Positions 50,784 through 62,635 of a DNA stretch of 64,000 nt are shown here, piece after piece; the first letter of the stretch is position 1; every line of letters begins with the position of its first letter. The notes beneath the pieces are model-generated. The model was given only the letters and a program-made list of their open reading frames with translations. It had not been told where the DNA came from and did not search any database. Made by a program: the position numbers and the translations under genes. This stretch comes from Isurus oxyrinchus (Eukaryota): positions 149,916,001-149,980,000 of the forward strand of contig JANJGN010000011.1 in NCBI GenBank assembly GCA_026770705.1, written 5' to 3'.

Positions 50784-51750
50784 GTGTGTGTATATATATA
50801 TATATGAAATAGATATCCTCATGGCTAATTTCTAAAATTTTGCAAATTGACAAAGACTTTTAAAATGGCTGAAGCTATGTCTGTCTGTGACCCTCAAGCA
50901 ATCGGGGCTATTTGGCAGTCTCAAAGAAATTTGTACTTGTTATCTCTGAAGAGACCCTAACGACCCCCTGTGGGCTGCAGGGACCAAATTCAAAGGGAAC
51001 TATACATAGGCTTTCTACATTTCATAAGCCAGGCCTGGCCCACTGGTGCCAATTCGTCTACTAGGACAAAGGACACAGAGAAAAGGGTACACACCCTTTA
51101 TCAAAGCCAAAGTGGAGAGGTGGGAGTCACGTGACATGATCTCTCTAGCTGGTGGAACCAGTAGTATTGCCTTGTGGAGCTGCAAATCTCAGCCTGACAT
51201 CTTCCCATCTGCCAAGCAACAGCACGGAAAGGGTCTCTTTCCAGGTTTAAATGCCTGGCCCCATCTACACTGTTTCTACTGGAACTTCTGAATTACTGTA
51301 CCACCGCCTCTGTGTGCCTATCTCATCGTGGAAATCAACTCATTTGGAAAAGTGAATTATCCAGCATCAGTTCAGCCTGCTGACCTCTGTGACGGAATAC
51401 ACTCTGGACTCTGGACACACATGAAATAATAATTCTTTTCTCTGTGGTCTTTTCCCTGTAAACTTTCTTTCTCTATCCCTCTTTTACTGTATGAGAGGAA
51501 AGAAGGCAACATTGCTACCCTCCTCCCACGTTTGTATGTATGCAAACAAACTAACCTTCTGAGTTCATCCCACCTCGAGTTTGCTCTGGGGTTACTTTTA
51601 GAAACTGAGTTACACCATAACCAAGGGTTTGGGAAATACGCCATCACCTATAAAAGGGGAAATCAAAATCAGAACATCTTCCTATTTACGGACAGGCGTT
51701 GAGAGGAGAAATCAGGGCTGTTTAAATTAACCCCCATCCTGTCCGTAACA
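50703..51750 (+). mobile_element. Solo LTR
   Basis: TGTC...GTAACA, 4-bp TSD ATAC (50699-50702 and 51751-51754). Its 3' end is homologous to 45120-45319. Confidence 0.8.
50738..50805. repeat. (TA)n(TG)n(TA)n microsatellite
   Basis: Directly visible, inside the solo LTR. Confidence 0.95.
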
Positions 51751-51894
51751 ATACACTTTGCTTTTAAAAAAAAAATTAACAGTAACTCTTTTGTTTCCAA
51801 ATCCTTTCTTTGGAAAGTGATTGAATAAAAATCCTGATTTGTGACTTTTTGTTTACCTGCTAACAAAATCAGCTATATATCGTGAGACCACTAT

Positions 51895-52050
51895 TCCCAG
51901 CCATCTGTGGAGAGAGAGACAAGAGTTAATGTTTCAGGTCGTTGACCCGTCATCTTGAAAGTTCATCGATCTGAAACATTACCTCAGTTTCTCTCTCACT
52001 TGATGCTGTCAGGCCTGCTGAGTATTTCCAGCATTTTCTGTTTTTATCTG
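51895..52050. mobile_element. Older palindromic Penelope-derived mini-element
   Basis: catctgtggagagagagacaagagttaatgtttcag ... ctgaaacattacctcagtttctctc...gatgctg, inverted arms with the family terminus. Confidence 0.7.
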
Positions 52051-52769
52051 TTGTTTGCCAGTGTTTCAGCCACCCTCTGTTCATTTACATTTCATTGCTC
52101 CTCCTTACTTTACAGAGTAAAAGCACCAATTCTGAACTCCCAGAAACGAGTCATGCTCAAGAGAATGAGAGTCAGAAATAGGGCTACAATATTATTTCTC
52201 CGAATTTACAACCTCTTGAAACTCAAATCTCTCCTGGAGTGCAGGATTCATGCATTTACTAGTATAAACCTTTTTTTTAAATAATCCCCTAAGGTTTCTT
52301 ATTAGTTGTTACTTAAGATTGTTTCACACTTTGGTTGTTTGTTTTCTATTAAGTTGATTTTCCACTTAGTCTATCAGCTGTTTCAGTACAGCTTTGACTG
52401 GTGATCTTCTGCCTCTGTTCTTTTATTCTTTTCCCCCAGCTCATTGAATTTTACTTCTCTCACTACATTCATTTTGGCTATTTCTGTTCTGGTCAATTTC
52501 TGACATATTCTTCTTATCCAATATTGATAAGTTGTCTCTTCCTTCTCTCTCAATATCTCCTCCATCCTCTTTCTAAATTCCTTTCTTGTTCGACATTTCT
52601 TAAAGTGAAAGGTTCTGGATTTGACTAACCAATGCCCATAAATCGCATTGTCCATGACCTGGAGATCTAACAGCTTGTGACTCAAGTTTTCATTGCGCAT
52701 AAAATGGAGAGCAAGTAATCCATCACCTTGTAAATTTAAACCCTTCGTCACTACCTGCCTGACTGACTC

Positions 52770-53460
52770 GAAACAACAAGTCGTAAATGGAGAACAAGTA
52801 AAGGACAGAAGGACAGAAGCCATGAGAGAAAATTTAAGAACAAAAGAAAAAGTATCGAAAACATATAAGTGCATTTTGGTAGGAAGAATAAAGAGGTCAC
52901 ATACTTGAAATGTACAAGATTCTGAAAGGGCTTGACAGGGTAAACGCTGAGAGGTGGTTCCCACTGCTCTAGGAATCTAGAACACGGGGGCACAGTCTTA
53001 GAATGAGGGACCGATCACTTAGGACTGAGATGCAGTGAAATTTTTTCACTCAGAGCGTTGTGAATCTTTGGAATCCTCTACTCAAGGTGTTACAGATGCT
53101 CCATTGTTGAATATGTTTAAGGGTGAGGGAGACAGATTTTCGGTATGGGGAGTGGATGAAAAAGTGGAGTTGGAGCCGAAGATCAGCCATGATTGTATTG
53201 AGTGGCAGAGCAGGCTTGACGGGCCATATTGTCTACTCCTACCCCTAGTTCCTTCTCTCTAATGTTGCTTTGAAAGTTAAGAGTTTGAATGGAATGGAGG
53301 TGCAAAGGAATCTAAGAGTACACATTCACAATCATTAAAAGGAGGAATGCAATTTAACAAGATCATAAAAATGCAAACAAAACGCTGGGATTCATTTCTA
53401 GAGGAGTAGAATTTAAAAACGGGAAGGTTAGTTAAAGGTTTATCCACCCTGGTTAGACTA
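52770..53460 (+). mobile_element. CR1 LINE fragments
   Basis: tctagaacacgggggcacagtcttagaat...ttcactcagagcgttgtgaatctttggaa, plus a second RT fragment at 53300-53460. Confidence 0.72.
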
Positions 53461-55231
53461 TAATTAATATGTACAGCTTGTTTGCTTATAAATGTGGTTC
53501 TCCAGTAGGAGATCACTACGTGGTGCCCAAGAACTTTCATGTACGAGTTTCTTCTCATTATCCTTGGAATAGTGGCACTCAATACCATGCCCTTTCTACA
53601 GCCCTGAACTGAGACTAACTCAGCACAGACCCGGGAACTAAATCTGGGCCATCTCTGACACTTCGGCTGCACTTCCAAATGCTTCAACTGGTTAACCTGG
53701 TGACGATTCCCAAAGAGTGAACAGGGGCATTTAAACTGGACAATTATAACCTTTTACTTTTTAAGATATTCTGTACATGCCTAGAGTCAGTAAAAATAAA
53801 ACAATTGGTTGCCCACGTTCCTAGAAATATTTCTCATGTTGAAAACGTAGATTGCACTGGAGCAGCTGAATTGGAAAAATGCTATTAATAGTGCAGACTT
53901 CTAGCCAATAATTTGTGTTGATGCAAATATCTAAGCAGGTAGGATTCAAACATGCACACAGTGTGTAAAAATCCGGAGCTATCTCACCATGAGCCTGCTT
54001 TTAAAAATGAGCTACCGAGAATTGTGATGAGCCTTAACATTCTTTTTATTCCAGCTATGTAAACTTCAAGAATATTTTCATTAATTAAATAACGTATTTC
54101 TGTTTTGAACAGTGACATTATTTGGATTGACTTGAAGGAATTACTGGGGCGGACTGCTAAAGAACTGAATTATGAATAGCACATAAAGAATATATTCAAG
54201 GACGATCCAAATTTATCTGTAAATATTCCTACCATCATGGTAGTGATGACAACTTTGCAAAGTTTGCAGTTTGGTTAAACACTTGCTGCAGAGATTTTTT
54301 TTCCTCCTGTATTAAGCCAAATGGCAAAGCTCAGAAGTAGATCATGGACATAACCCTATCGATCTTCGAAGTAACTTTTCCACCAAGCCGATCAAGAGTG
54401 CTTGCTGTCAGTGCACATGGATCTCTGGCGCCCGGGCGACTAGTTTGTCCACAGCACTAAGGCAGATGCCTAGGGAAGCCATCAGATTAACCCAAAAAAA
54501 ATTAGGATGGACAGAATTTTTTTAAAAAGGAAGTTGATCAGCATTCTTTTGGATTTTGATCATCAGAATTCTGTTTTTGTTTCCTTTTTAAGCATGAGTC
54601 TTAATAAGAGTCAGTTTAGGCCTAAAGAATTAAGCATCAGAACTTTCATTTGTCTGAAAATCCCCCTTTCCGTTACCTGGGGAAGCATTGGTTCACCTCA
54701 GCCAAAATAACGAAGAGAAAGGGGTTTCAGATGAATGCATTGTGTCCATGTACAAGTCATTGAGTCATAGGATTATACAGCACAGAAACAGGCCCTTTGG
54801 CCCATCGTGTCCATGCTGGCCATCAAGCACCTAGCTATTCTAATCCCATTTTTCAGTACTTGGCCTGAAGCCCTGTATGCAATGGCGTTTCAAATGCTCA
54901 TCTAAATACTTCTTAAATGTTGTGAGGGTTCCTGCCTCTACCACCCCCTCAGGCAGCGTGTTCCAGATTCCAACCACCCTCCGGGTGAAAAAATTTTTCC
55001 TCAAATCCCCTCTGAACCTCCCGCCCCTTACCTTAAATCTATGCCTCCTGGTTATTGATACCTCCGCTAAGGGGAAAAGTTTCTTCCTATTTACCCTATC
55101 TATGCCCCTCATAATTTTGTATACCTCTATAAGGTCCCCCCTCAGTCTTCTCTGCTGTAAGGAAAACAACCCTAGCCTATCCAGTCTTCTTCATAGCTGA
55201 AATGTTCCAGCCCAGGCAACATCCTAGTGAA

Positions 55232-55784
55232 AATAGATAAAAGCAAAAAACTGTGGATGCTGGAAATCCAAAACAAAAATAAAAATACCTGGAAAAACTC
55301 AGCAGGTCTGACAGCATCTGCGGAGAGGAGCACAGTTAATGTTTCGAGTCCGTATGACTCTTCAACAGAACTAAGGAAAAATAGAAAAGAGGTGAAATAT
55401 AAGCTGGTTTAAGGGGGGCGGGGTGGGACAGGTCGAGCTGGATAGAAGGCCAGTGATAGGTGGAGATAACCAAAAGATGTCATAGACAAAAGGACAAAGA
55501 AAGGGTAGAAAGCAGGATGAACAAGGTACAGATAGCTCTAGTGGGGTTGAGGTGGGGAGAACGGATCGAAATAGGCTAAAAGGTAGAGATAAAACAATGG
55601 ATGGAAATACATTTAAAAATAATGGAAATAGGTGGGAAAAAGAAAAATCTGTATACATTATTAGAATAAAGGGGGATGGGAAAGGGGATGGGGATGGAGA
55701 AGAGAGTTCATGATCTAAAATTGTTGAACTCAATATTCAGTCCAGAAGGCTGTAAAGTGCCTAGTCAGAAGATGAGGTGTTGTG
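55232..55784 (-). mobile_element. 5'-truncated Penelope-like element inserted into a CR1 LINE
   Basis: Homologous to 46922-47510 (GIY-YIG C-terminus and 3' region with a hammerhead at 55333-55373). TSD TCCTAGTGAA at 55222-55231 and 55785-55794, and the CR1 sequence resumes across it. Confidence 0.9.
55333..55373 (-). ncRNA. Hammerhead-like motif with CUGUUGA core variant
   Basis: Minus strand reads TAGTT-CTGTTGA-A-GAGTC(ATACG)GACTC-GAAAC-ATT-AACTG. Confidence 0.65.
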
Positions 55785-57379
55785 TCCTAGTGAATCTCCT
55801 CTGCAGCCTCTCCAGTGCAATCACGTCCTTCCTATAGTGTGACGACCAGAACTGCACAAAGTACTCTAGCTGTGGCCTAACTAGCATTTTATACAGCTCC
55901 AACATAACCTCCCTGCACTTAAGTCCTATGCCTCGGCTAATAAAAGCAAGTATCCCATATGCCACCTTAACCACATTATCTTCCTGTGCTGCTGCCTTCA
56001 GGGCTCTATGGACATGTACACCAAGGTCCCTCTGATCCCCTGTACTTCCTAGGGTCCTACCATTCATTGTGTATTCCCTTTCTGTGTTAGTCCTCCCATA
56101 GTATGATTCTAGAGCCTTCTTTTTCTTACAGGTAAATGTTGCAGTTTTATATGCTAATAGGTAATAACATACAAATGAGAAAGTGAGGTCCTAGGGTGGT
56201 ACCAGTTGGTTATTTTTCTTTGGAATTTGTCACAAGTTATCAGCCCATCAACCAGGCAACTGCAACTTGAAGCTCAAACGTAAACTTACGAGGGTCTAAC
56301 TAAAGGCAAAATGCATATTCTGTACATGAACATATTTTTCCAATATTTTTTTCCCAGGATCTTACATCGGAATGTCAAAAACTCTCCCATATATATTCAG
56401 CTACTGGGAGAAGCAACAGGTTATACAGTAGTTACCGTCTTGGTATGTTTTGTTAGTATAGGTTAGGTTACGCATACCCTAGTGATGGGAGTATTTGATT
56501 AAGAGGGTCATATGTTCAACCATGGATCAGTCCCTGATTACCTGGTGAAACCCTGTTGGTAATAAGCAGTTTACTACGAGCAGTTTTTAAGTCAAAATCC
56601 TGGAACTCCCTCCCTAACAGCACAGTGGATGTACCTAAACCACATGGACTGCAGCAGTTCAAGAAGGGAGCTCACCACCACCTTCTCAAGGCAATTAGGG
56701 CTGGGCAACAAAAGTGCTGGCCTAGCCTACAATGCCCACGTCCCATGTAAGAATTTTTTTTAAAAACTAAACTTTAGTTCCTGGGCACTGATTGGAGGTA
56801 AGCATTGAGCATTTTATGTTCTTGTTTTGGCATTTGACTGTCCCAAAAGCATGGGTATTCATTGGCCAAAATTCTGGTCAATGCACAAATGCCCCTCAAC
56901 CATAAAGGAGCACCCAACCTTCACAGCCAGGGAACTTGTACTTCAATTTATTTTTTTCTTTATTATCCAAAAGGAAGCTAAGACACATCACCAGCCATTG
57001 CAAGGAACCTGAATTTGTGGGAGAGATTAACTGACATAATGGAAAGGGATGAAATTTGCAAACTAACTTAATTGTTCATTCCAACATTTTTACAAACTGC
57101 AGTCTAACTCGTACCTGTGTTGTTTCAGAATGTTGGACATTTTATCAGTTTCACTAATATTCCTGTTTAAAGATGGTTTAAACCAATATGTAAGGTTTAT
57201 TTATGTAGCAATTGAAATATTTTAGACAACACAGCTGTAATCAAGTTATTTATCAAATTTCCACCAATGTACTTGCTCTTCAGATATGCTCCTTTATTAC
57301 TTTATATTAGCTGATGTGTATTTCTGCACTTTTTATCTAAAATACTTAAGTGATTGTTATTTCTGTTTTATTTTAACAG

Positions 57380-57920
57380 TCTCCACGAGACCCTAACTTT
57401 TCAGATATGGAAGCTGTCCCTATTTTGCTTAACAATGTGAAAGCAGAACCTCCAGAGGACTTGCTATCCACCGATCAATATCAGACACAAACTGAGCCAG
57501 TGGACTTGTCCATTAACAAAGCCCGGACATCACCAACAGCAGTATCATCGTCACAGTCCTCACCCAGCTCAGTGTCAACAACCTCAGTCTCTTCAATGTC
57601 CTCTTGCTCTCCTCGATTGACTTCATCCCCAACTGTGATAACCTCAGTGTCTTCATCATCAGGAATGTCAACAGTATTAGCATCGGGCTCTATTGTGGCA
57701 TCTTCACCGGCTGTTGGGGGCCAGCAGTACTTGCACATAATCCACCCGGTGCCACCTTCAAATCCTATGAATTTTCAGTCCAGCAAACTGAGTCACGTGC
57801 ATCGCATTCCAGTGGTTGTACAGTCCCTTCCTGTGGTCTACACTGCCATGAGGTCACAGAGGAACCTCAACTCCACCATTGTACTCCCAATGTTAGAGGA
57901 TGGCAGGAGTCAAATGAAAG
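57380..57920 (+). CDS. KLF12: KLF12 repression-domain exon (541 bp, phase 0/1)
   Basis: Acceptor ttttattttaacag|TCT, donor AAAG|gtaaga. Translates SPRDPNFSDMEAVPILLNNVKAEPPED...EPVDLSINKARTSPTAV...HVHRIPVVVQS...LEDGR, which contains the PVDLS CtBP motif and a VKAE SUMO-type motif and is near-identical to recalled KLF12. Confidence 0.96.
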
Positions 57921-60900
57921 GTAAGAGCACTGAAACAAGACAGCAGATGGGCACAATTAGAACTGGAAATACTATACTGGTGTAATGGGAAACCAAGGTG
58001 CAGTACCAACAGGTTTTCAGCCAACCTTTCAGCTGAAGGCATTTGAGCATATAGTAAAGCCATAACAGTTCTTTACTTGCTTTACCTGAAATAAGTACAT
58101 GCAAATTTACATTCATCCTCCATTCTTTAATTTGTATTTTCTTTCCCTCTATAGATTTCCTGCATGTGTGCAGCACTCGCTAACTAGGTTGTTAGGCCGT
58201 TGATTTATCCACAGTTCCAAAGGAGGTGTATAATTTTTGTCTCTGATTTCGAACCCTGACTTCCCCTCCCCTATCCCCAATAGGTAAGTATCTCTTTATG
58301 CTTACTGCCTCATAAATGGACTGACTGAGGTAGAGCCTCACCCTTGCAAGGAAAGATGAATTTTCATGGTAACCCACCTCCCCACTTAGTTTCCTGGGAC
58401 ACTAAGCATAGCATCCCCAGATTGCCTTCATAATCAGTCAATCTTAGTGAACTGCTCTGCAGCATTCACCCTTTTACTTTGCTACTTTGAATAGATTCTT
58501 GGTAAGCAAGGGGTTAGGCAGGATGCAGATTTGAGGTTACTATCAAATCAGCCATGATCTCATAAAATGGCAGAGCAGGCTTGATGGGCTGAATGGCCTA
58601 CTCCTGCTCCTTGTTCGTATGTTTGTATGTAAATGTCCCGGTCCAATTCACGTTGCAGAATAAAACGAGTGGCCCTCCCATGGCTGTTGCAGGAAGGGTG
58701 GCCAGGGTTGCACACTTGCAAATTTCGTGAGAGATGTGCTCTGATAATGAACTAAAAATTGAAATAATGGATACGTTATTGTTTGTGGTTGTGGATTTGC
58801 TTTGTAGTTACAATATTCTCCTCCCACACGTTAAAGCAAGTGTAGACATTTTCCTAAGAGAGGTGCTGCATTAATTATTGGATTGAACAGAAAGCAAACG
58901 ATAATTTGGATGAATTGACCTGTGCGATAAGTATTAAAATCATTTATGTTTATTGATAATGCACAAAAAATGTCATCTGTAATTACACATGGAAATGAAC
59001 AGACAATGGTTATCCGAGTCTGTGGACAAAGCTAAGTAAAATGACACCTCTTTGCCATCTTTGTGACTGGAAACAAACTGTTTCACTTTTGGACGACATA
59101 TGCTGCTGCGACAAACTTTCAAAATGGCAAGCGAGAAAGAACTTTTCAAGAAACCAAGACAAAAGGTTGACAAAGGGAACTGAAAGAAATACAGCAGGAC
59201 CTTTATGGGGCTTTCCCTGAAAGACCGACCCAGCATCATGACCCTGAAATAGCCAAGTTGAAGTAGCCAAAAAGATCAACAGATTAAGAGTGTAAGAGAG
59301 GTGGCAGAACCGGAAAAAAATGAGATCGACCCAATCAACAGATGCCTTTGGTACTGGTGTGCTGATTCACTACATATCCAGTGTCATTCACTGCATAAAG
59401 GTACCAAACACTTGTGATGCAGCATAATTTCATAGGCATTGCTTTATGTAGAGATCTTACAAGGATCCCTAATCTTCATAGTCCTCCCATGGCTGAATTC
59501 TAAAAACTATAATTTAAAGAAATGTTTCCAATCTAATGCAGTTGTCTTTATGATACGGGTTGGCAGACGACTTTTAAAATACAGATTGTTTCTGCAATTA
59601 CACCTTTGCAGATGATTCATTGTCATCACTACATTCTGATAGCTCTCCAGGGGATGAACTCATCATGATTTCTGAAGAAGAACTCTCTAAAACCTTATGG
59701 AGAAAGGGGTGCAGTCCGAAAATTCTCTGGTGCCAGCGTTGTCACCAAAACCATGAAGAGACCCCAGACAGCTGGAGGGTGGGGTACTCTATGGCACTAC
59801 TCCCTGGAAAGGCTGCTATACAAGCAATATTTTTTTTAAGAAGGGAAATAATCCATAAGAAGAAGTTGGGCATTAAGTTGGAAACTATCCACTTCATATG
59901 CAGAACAGCTGGAAACAGGGAGTAATCCAGACACTGGAAATGTCATTGTTATTATGAAAGTTTCTTTGAAAAAAATGTACGTGTAAAAAGAAATGACACA
60001 ATTACATCATTTTGTGTCATGCATGCATCACAGCTTGGCTTAAACCCCAAGCTGCGTAACTATCGAACCAAACTGTTGACAAGTCCAGTAGAGAAAAGGT
60101 ACCCTGCCATGTGCAGTTTATGAATGAAGGCTATTAGATTGGTGCCTAATTGGTGCCTTCTTATGTTAAGTCTGGTGGAATGAATCTTGAGTACCACTGT
60201 GGCTGATATGCCAGTTCCCACCGGGGCTCCCTCTGTGGAGTTTTCTTTCAGAGATTCATCTAATTTTTCTGTTTAGAACTGCATTTTTATGCACTGTTCC
60301 CTAGTAACTCAGTTATATCGTTTCTACTAACATACAATAAATTTATGTTTTTTTTTGTTCTATTGCCTTTGTTAAATAAAATGTTGGCTTTGATCACATT
60401 CATCTACCTCCCTGGCAGATCCATCTAGCTCCCTGTGGATCGTCAGATACTATTTAAATCAAAAAACAAATTGCTGCAAAATATGCCATACAAAACAAAT
60501 TAAGCTATGTCCCCCATTTTCAATTGCTGAGTACGTTTTATATGAGGGGAACGGGATTTTCTAGGCAGCAGGGTCAGGCCTGTCAGAAGGAGAAGGGTGT
60601 AAGAGACTGAGAAGCTGGATGGGAACTATTTCACGAGAACCTTATTTCCATTCACACTGAATGCAATCTTCCAACTAGCCCTTAGCTGGCTTTGTCACGA
60701 TATGCCAAAGAATGAAAAATCACCCCTTGTGATTTCCTGTCTGTTTAGCATAGAATTGCAATGTGGCCTCTCTGCTTGCCCATCTGGAGTGGATTTCAAT
60801 TGTAAGTTAAAGCTTTGATATGTGTCTGTGTAGTATGGCCGTGCAGAATAACCGACGAAAGAGCTGCAATAAATAGATAACAAGGGTGACAGACATCACT

Positions 60901-61199
60901 TTGCAGGATGCATACTTGGACCATCCGGCTGGTACTATCAGGAAGTTGCATCTTAACATATTTGTTGCTATTTTCTTTAGCATATGTTTACATGTTTCCA
61001 GGTGCAATGGCTGCTGTAGCCCAGTGTTGGCTTTAGCTGCCTTTTGTTGCACTGCTTTCCTAAGTCAGACGAGCCTTCTCATCCACTTTGATTAGCACTT
61101 GCAATCCTTCACGTCAGGCTTTGGGTGCTGTGCTGTTCTACCTCTTGCTCACCTATTCCACCTCTTAACATCATTTTGTTTTTGCCTTATGGTTTTTTG

Positions 61200-61460
61200 G
61201 GAACACCACCACTTGCAAGTTCCCCTCCAAGCCACTCACCGTCCTGACTTGAAGATATATCACCGTTCCTTCATTATCACTGGGTCAAAATCCTGGAAAT
61301 TCCTCTCTCACAGCACCGTGGGTGTACCTACACCACAGGGACTGCAGCGGCTCAAGAAGGCAGCTCACCACCACCACCTTCTCAAGGGCAGTTAGAGATG
61401 GGCAATAAATGCTGGCCTAGCCAGCGACGCCTACATCCCGTAAATGAATAAAACAAAAAA
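61200..61460 (+). mobile_element. 3' end of the 17243-type LINE (another copy at 56590-56760)
   Basis: gggtcaaaatcctgga...ggactgcagcggctcaagaaggcagctcaccaccac...gatgggcaataaatgctggcc followed by an A-rich tail. Confidence 0.8.
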
Positions 61461-61584
61461 AGGAAATGAATTTGCCTACCACAGCTTTTGGAAGCTAGGA
61501 AACAAATTTTGTCCTCATATGCAGCCACTTAATTTAAGTGACAGTAAACCTTTAAATGCTATCTGTGGACCTTAAAGAACTGGA

Positions 61585-61822
61585 GTGATGTCAGGAAACA
61601 CTTCTTCACACAAAGGGAAGTGAAAATCTCCAACTCTCACACCCAAAAAGCAGCCAAGGCTGGGGGTCAATTGAAAATTTCAAACTGAGATTGACAGATT
61701 TTTGTTAGGCTTGATTAAGGAACCAAGATGGGTAGAGTGGATACACTCTCAGCCATGATCTGACTGAATGATAGACCAGGCTCAAGGAGCTGAATGGTTC
61801 AAACATGTTCCAACATTCCTAT
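61585..61822 (+). mobile_element. CR1 LINE 3' fragment
   Basis: aggaaacacttcttcacacaaaggg...ttcaaactgagattgacagatttttgttagg. Confidence 0.7.
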
Positions 61823-62269
61823 AACTTGGTGAGTTTTCAGCAGGAAATACAATTCAGATCAAGAGCCCAACATGCGTATGAAATTAAAACTGACCCAGAA
61901 GGATTAGGTGTGCACTATTCATGATGAGAATTGAATAACCTGCTCCAGATTATGGTTTCCTTACTTTGGAGGTTTCACTGGTGCCAGTGAGTTTTTCAAA
62001 AATAAGAAACAAAATTGTTAGTACAGTTAATGTCCCTTTAGAACTGATGTTACATATATGTTGAAATGCTAATTGCTATTTTTCAAAGTTCACCTATTGT
62101 TTAAAATAATTAAACACTGTCATGCATTGAAGTACGTTGAGACCTTATACCAAACTCACGTTTTGGAAAATATATTTTCAAAGTGGCCTAAGGTCAATGT
62201 GGCCGTAATCATCTTCCCAAAAACATATTGTCCTTTTATTAAAAAGATTGTCTGCCCTTAATTTTTAAA

Positions 62270-62635
62270 CTGTATTTGCTTGTTCGTGGGATGTGGGCGT
62301 CACTGGCTAGGCCAGCATTTATTGTCCATCCCTAATTGCCCTTGTTCAGAGGGCATTTAAGAGTGAACCATATTGCTGTGGGTCTGGAGTCACATGTAGG
62401 CCAGACCAGGTAAGGACAGCGGATTTCCTTCCCTAAAGGACATTAGTGAACCAAATAGGGCTTTACAACAATCAGCAATGGTTTTGTGGTCATCATCATC
62501 AGACTTTTTAATTCCAGATTTTTTTTATTGAATTCAAATTTCACCATCTTCTCTGGTGGGATTTCAATCTGGGTCCCAAGAATCTGGGTCTCTGGAATGC
62601 TAGACCAGTGAAAACACTACTATGTCACCACCTTG
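62270..62635 (-). mobile_element. tRNA-derived SINE, same family as 14115 (older copy at ~3920-4290)
   Basis: Reverse complement of 14115-14510. Confidence 0.8.

Larger units (their letters stand above)
54757..56098 (-). mobile_element. CR1 LINE 3' fragment split by the Penelope insertion
   Basis: RDLGVHVH...LVRPQLEY.VQFWS and RRLRGDLIEVYKIMRG...RKNFFT.RVV..WN.LP. Confidence 0.9.
5817..57379 (+). other. KLF12: KLF12 intron (~51.6 kb, GT-AG, phase 0)
   Basis: Joining the two exons gives ...LESERG|SPRDPNFSDMEAVP..., collinear with human ...LESEQG|SPNVHNYPDMEAVP... Confidence 0.88.

Noticed and set aside
57481-57738. Acidic antisense ORF
   Set aside because: Reverse-strand shadow of the Ser-rich KLF12 exon.
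57921-57985. C-terminal part of the 192-aa ORF
   Set aside because: Read-through past the GTAAGA donor. KLF12 similarity ends at 57920.
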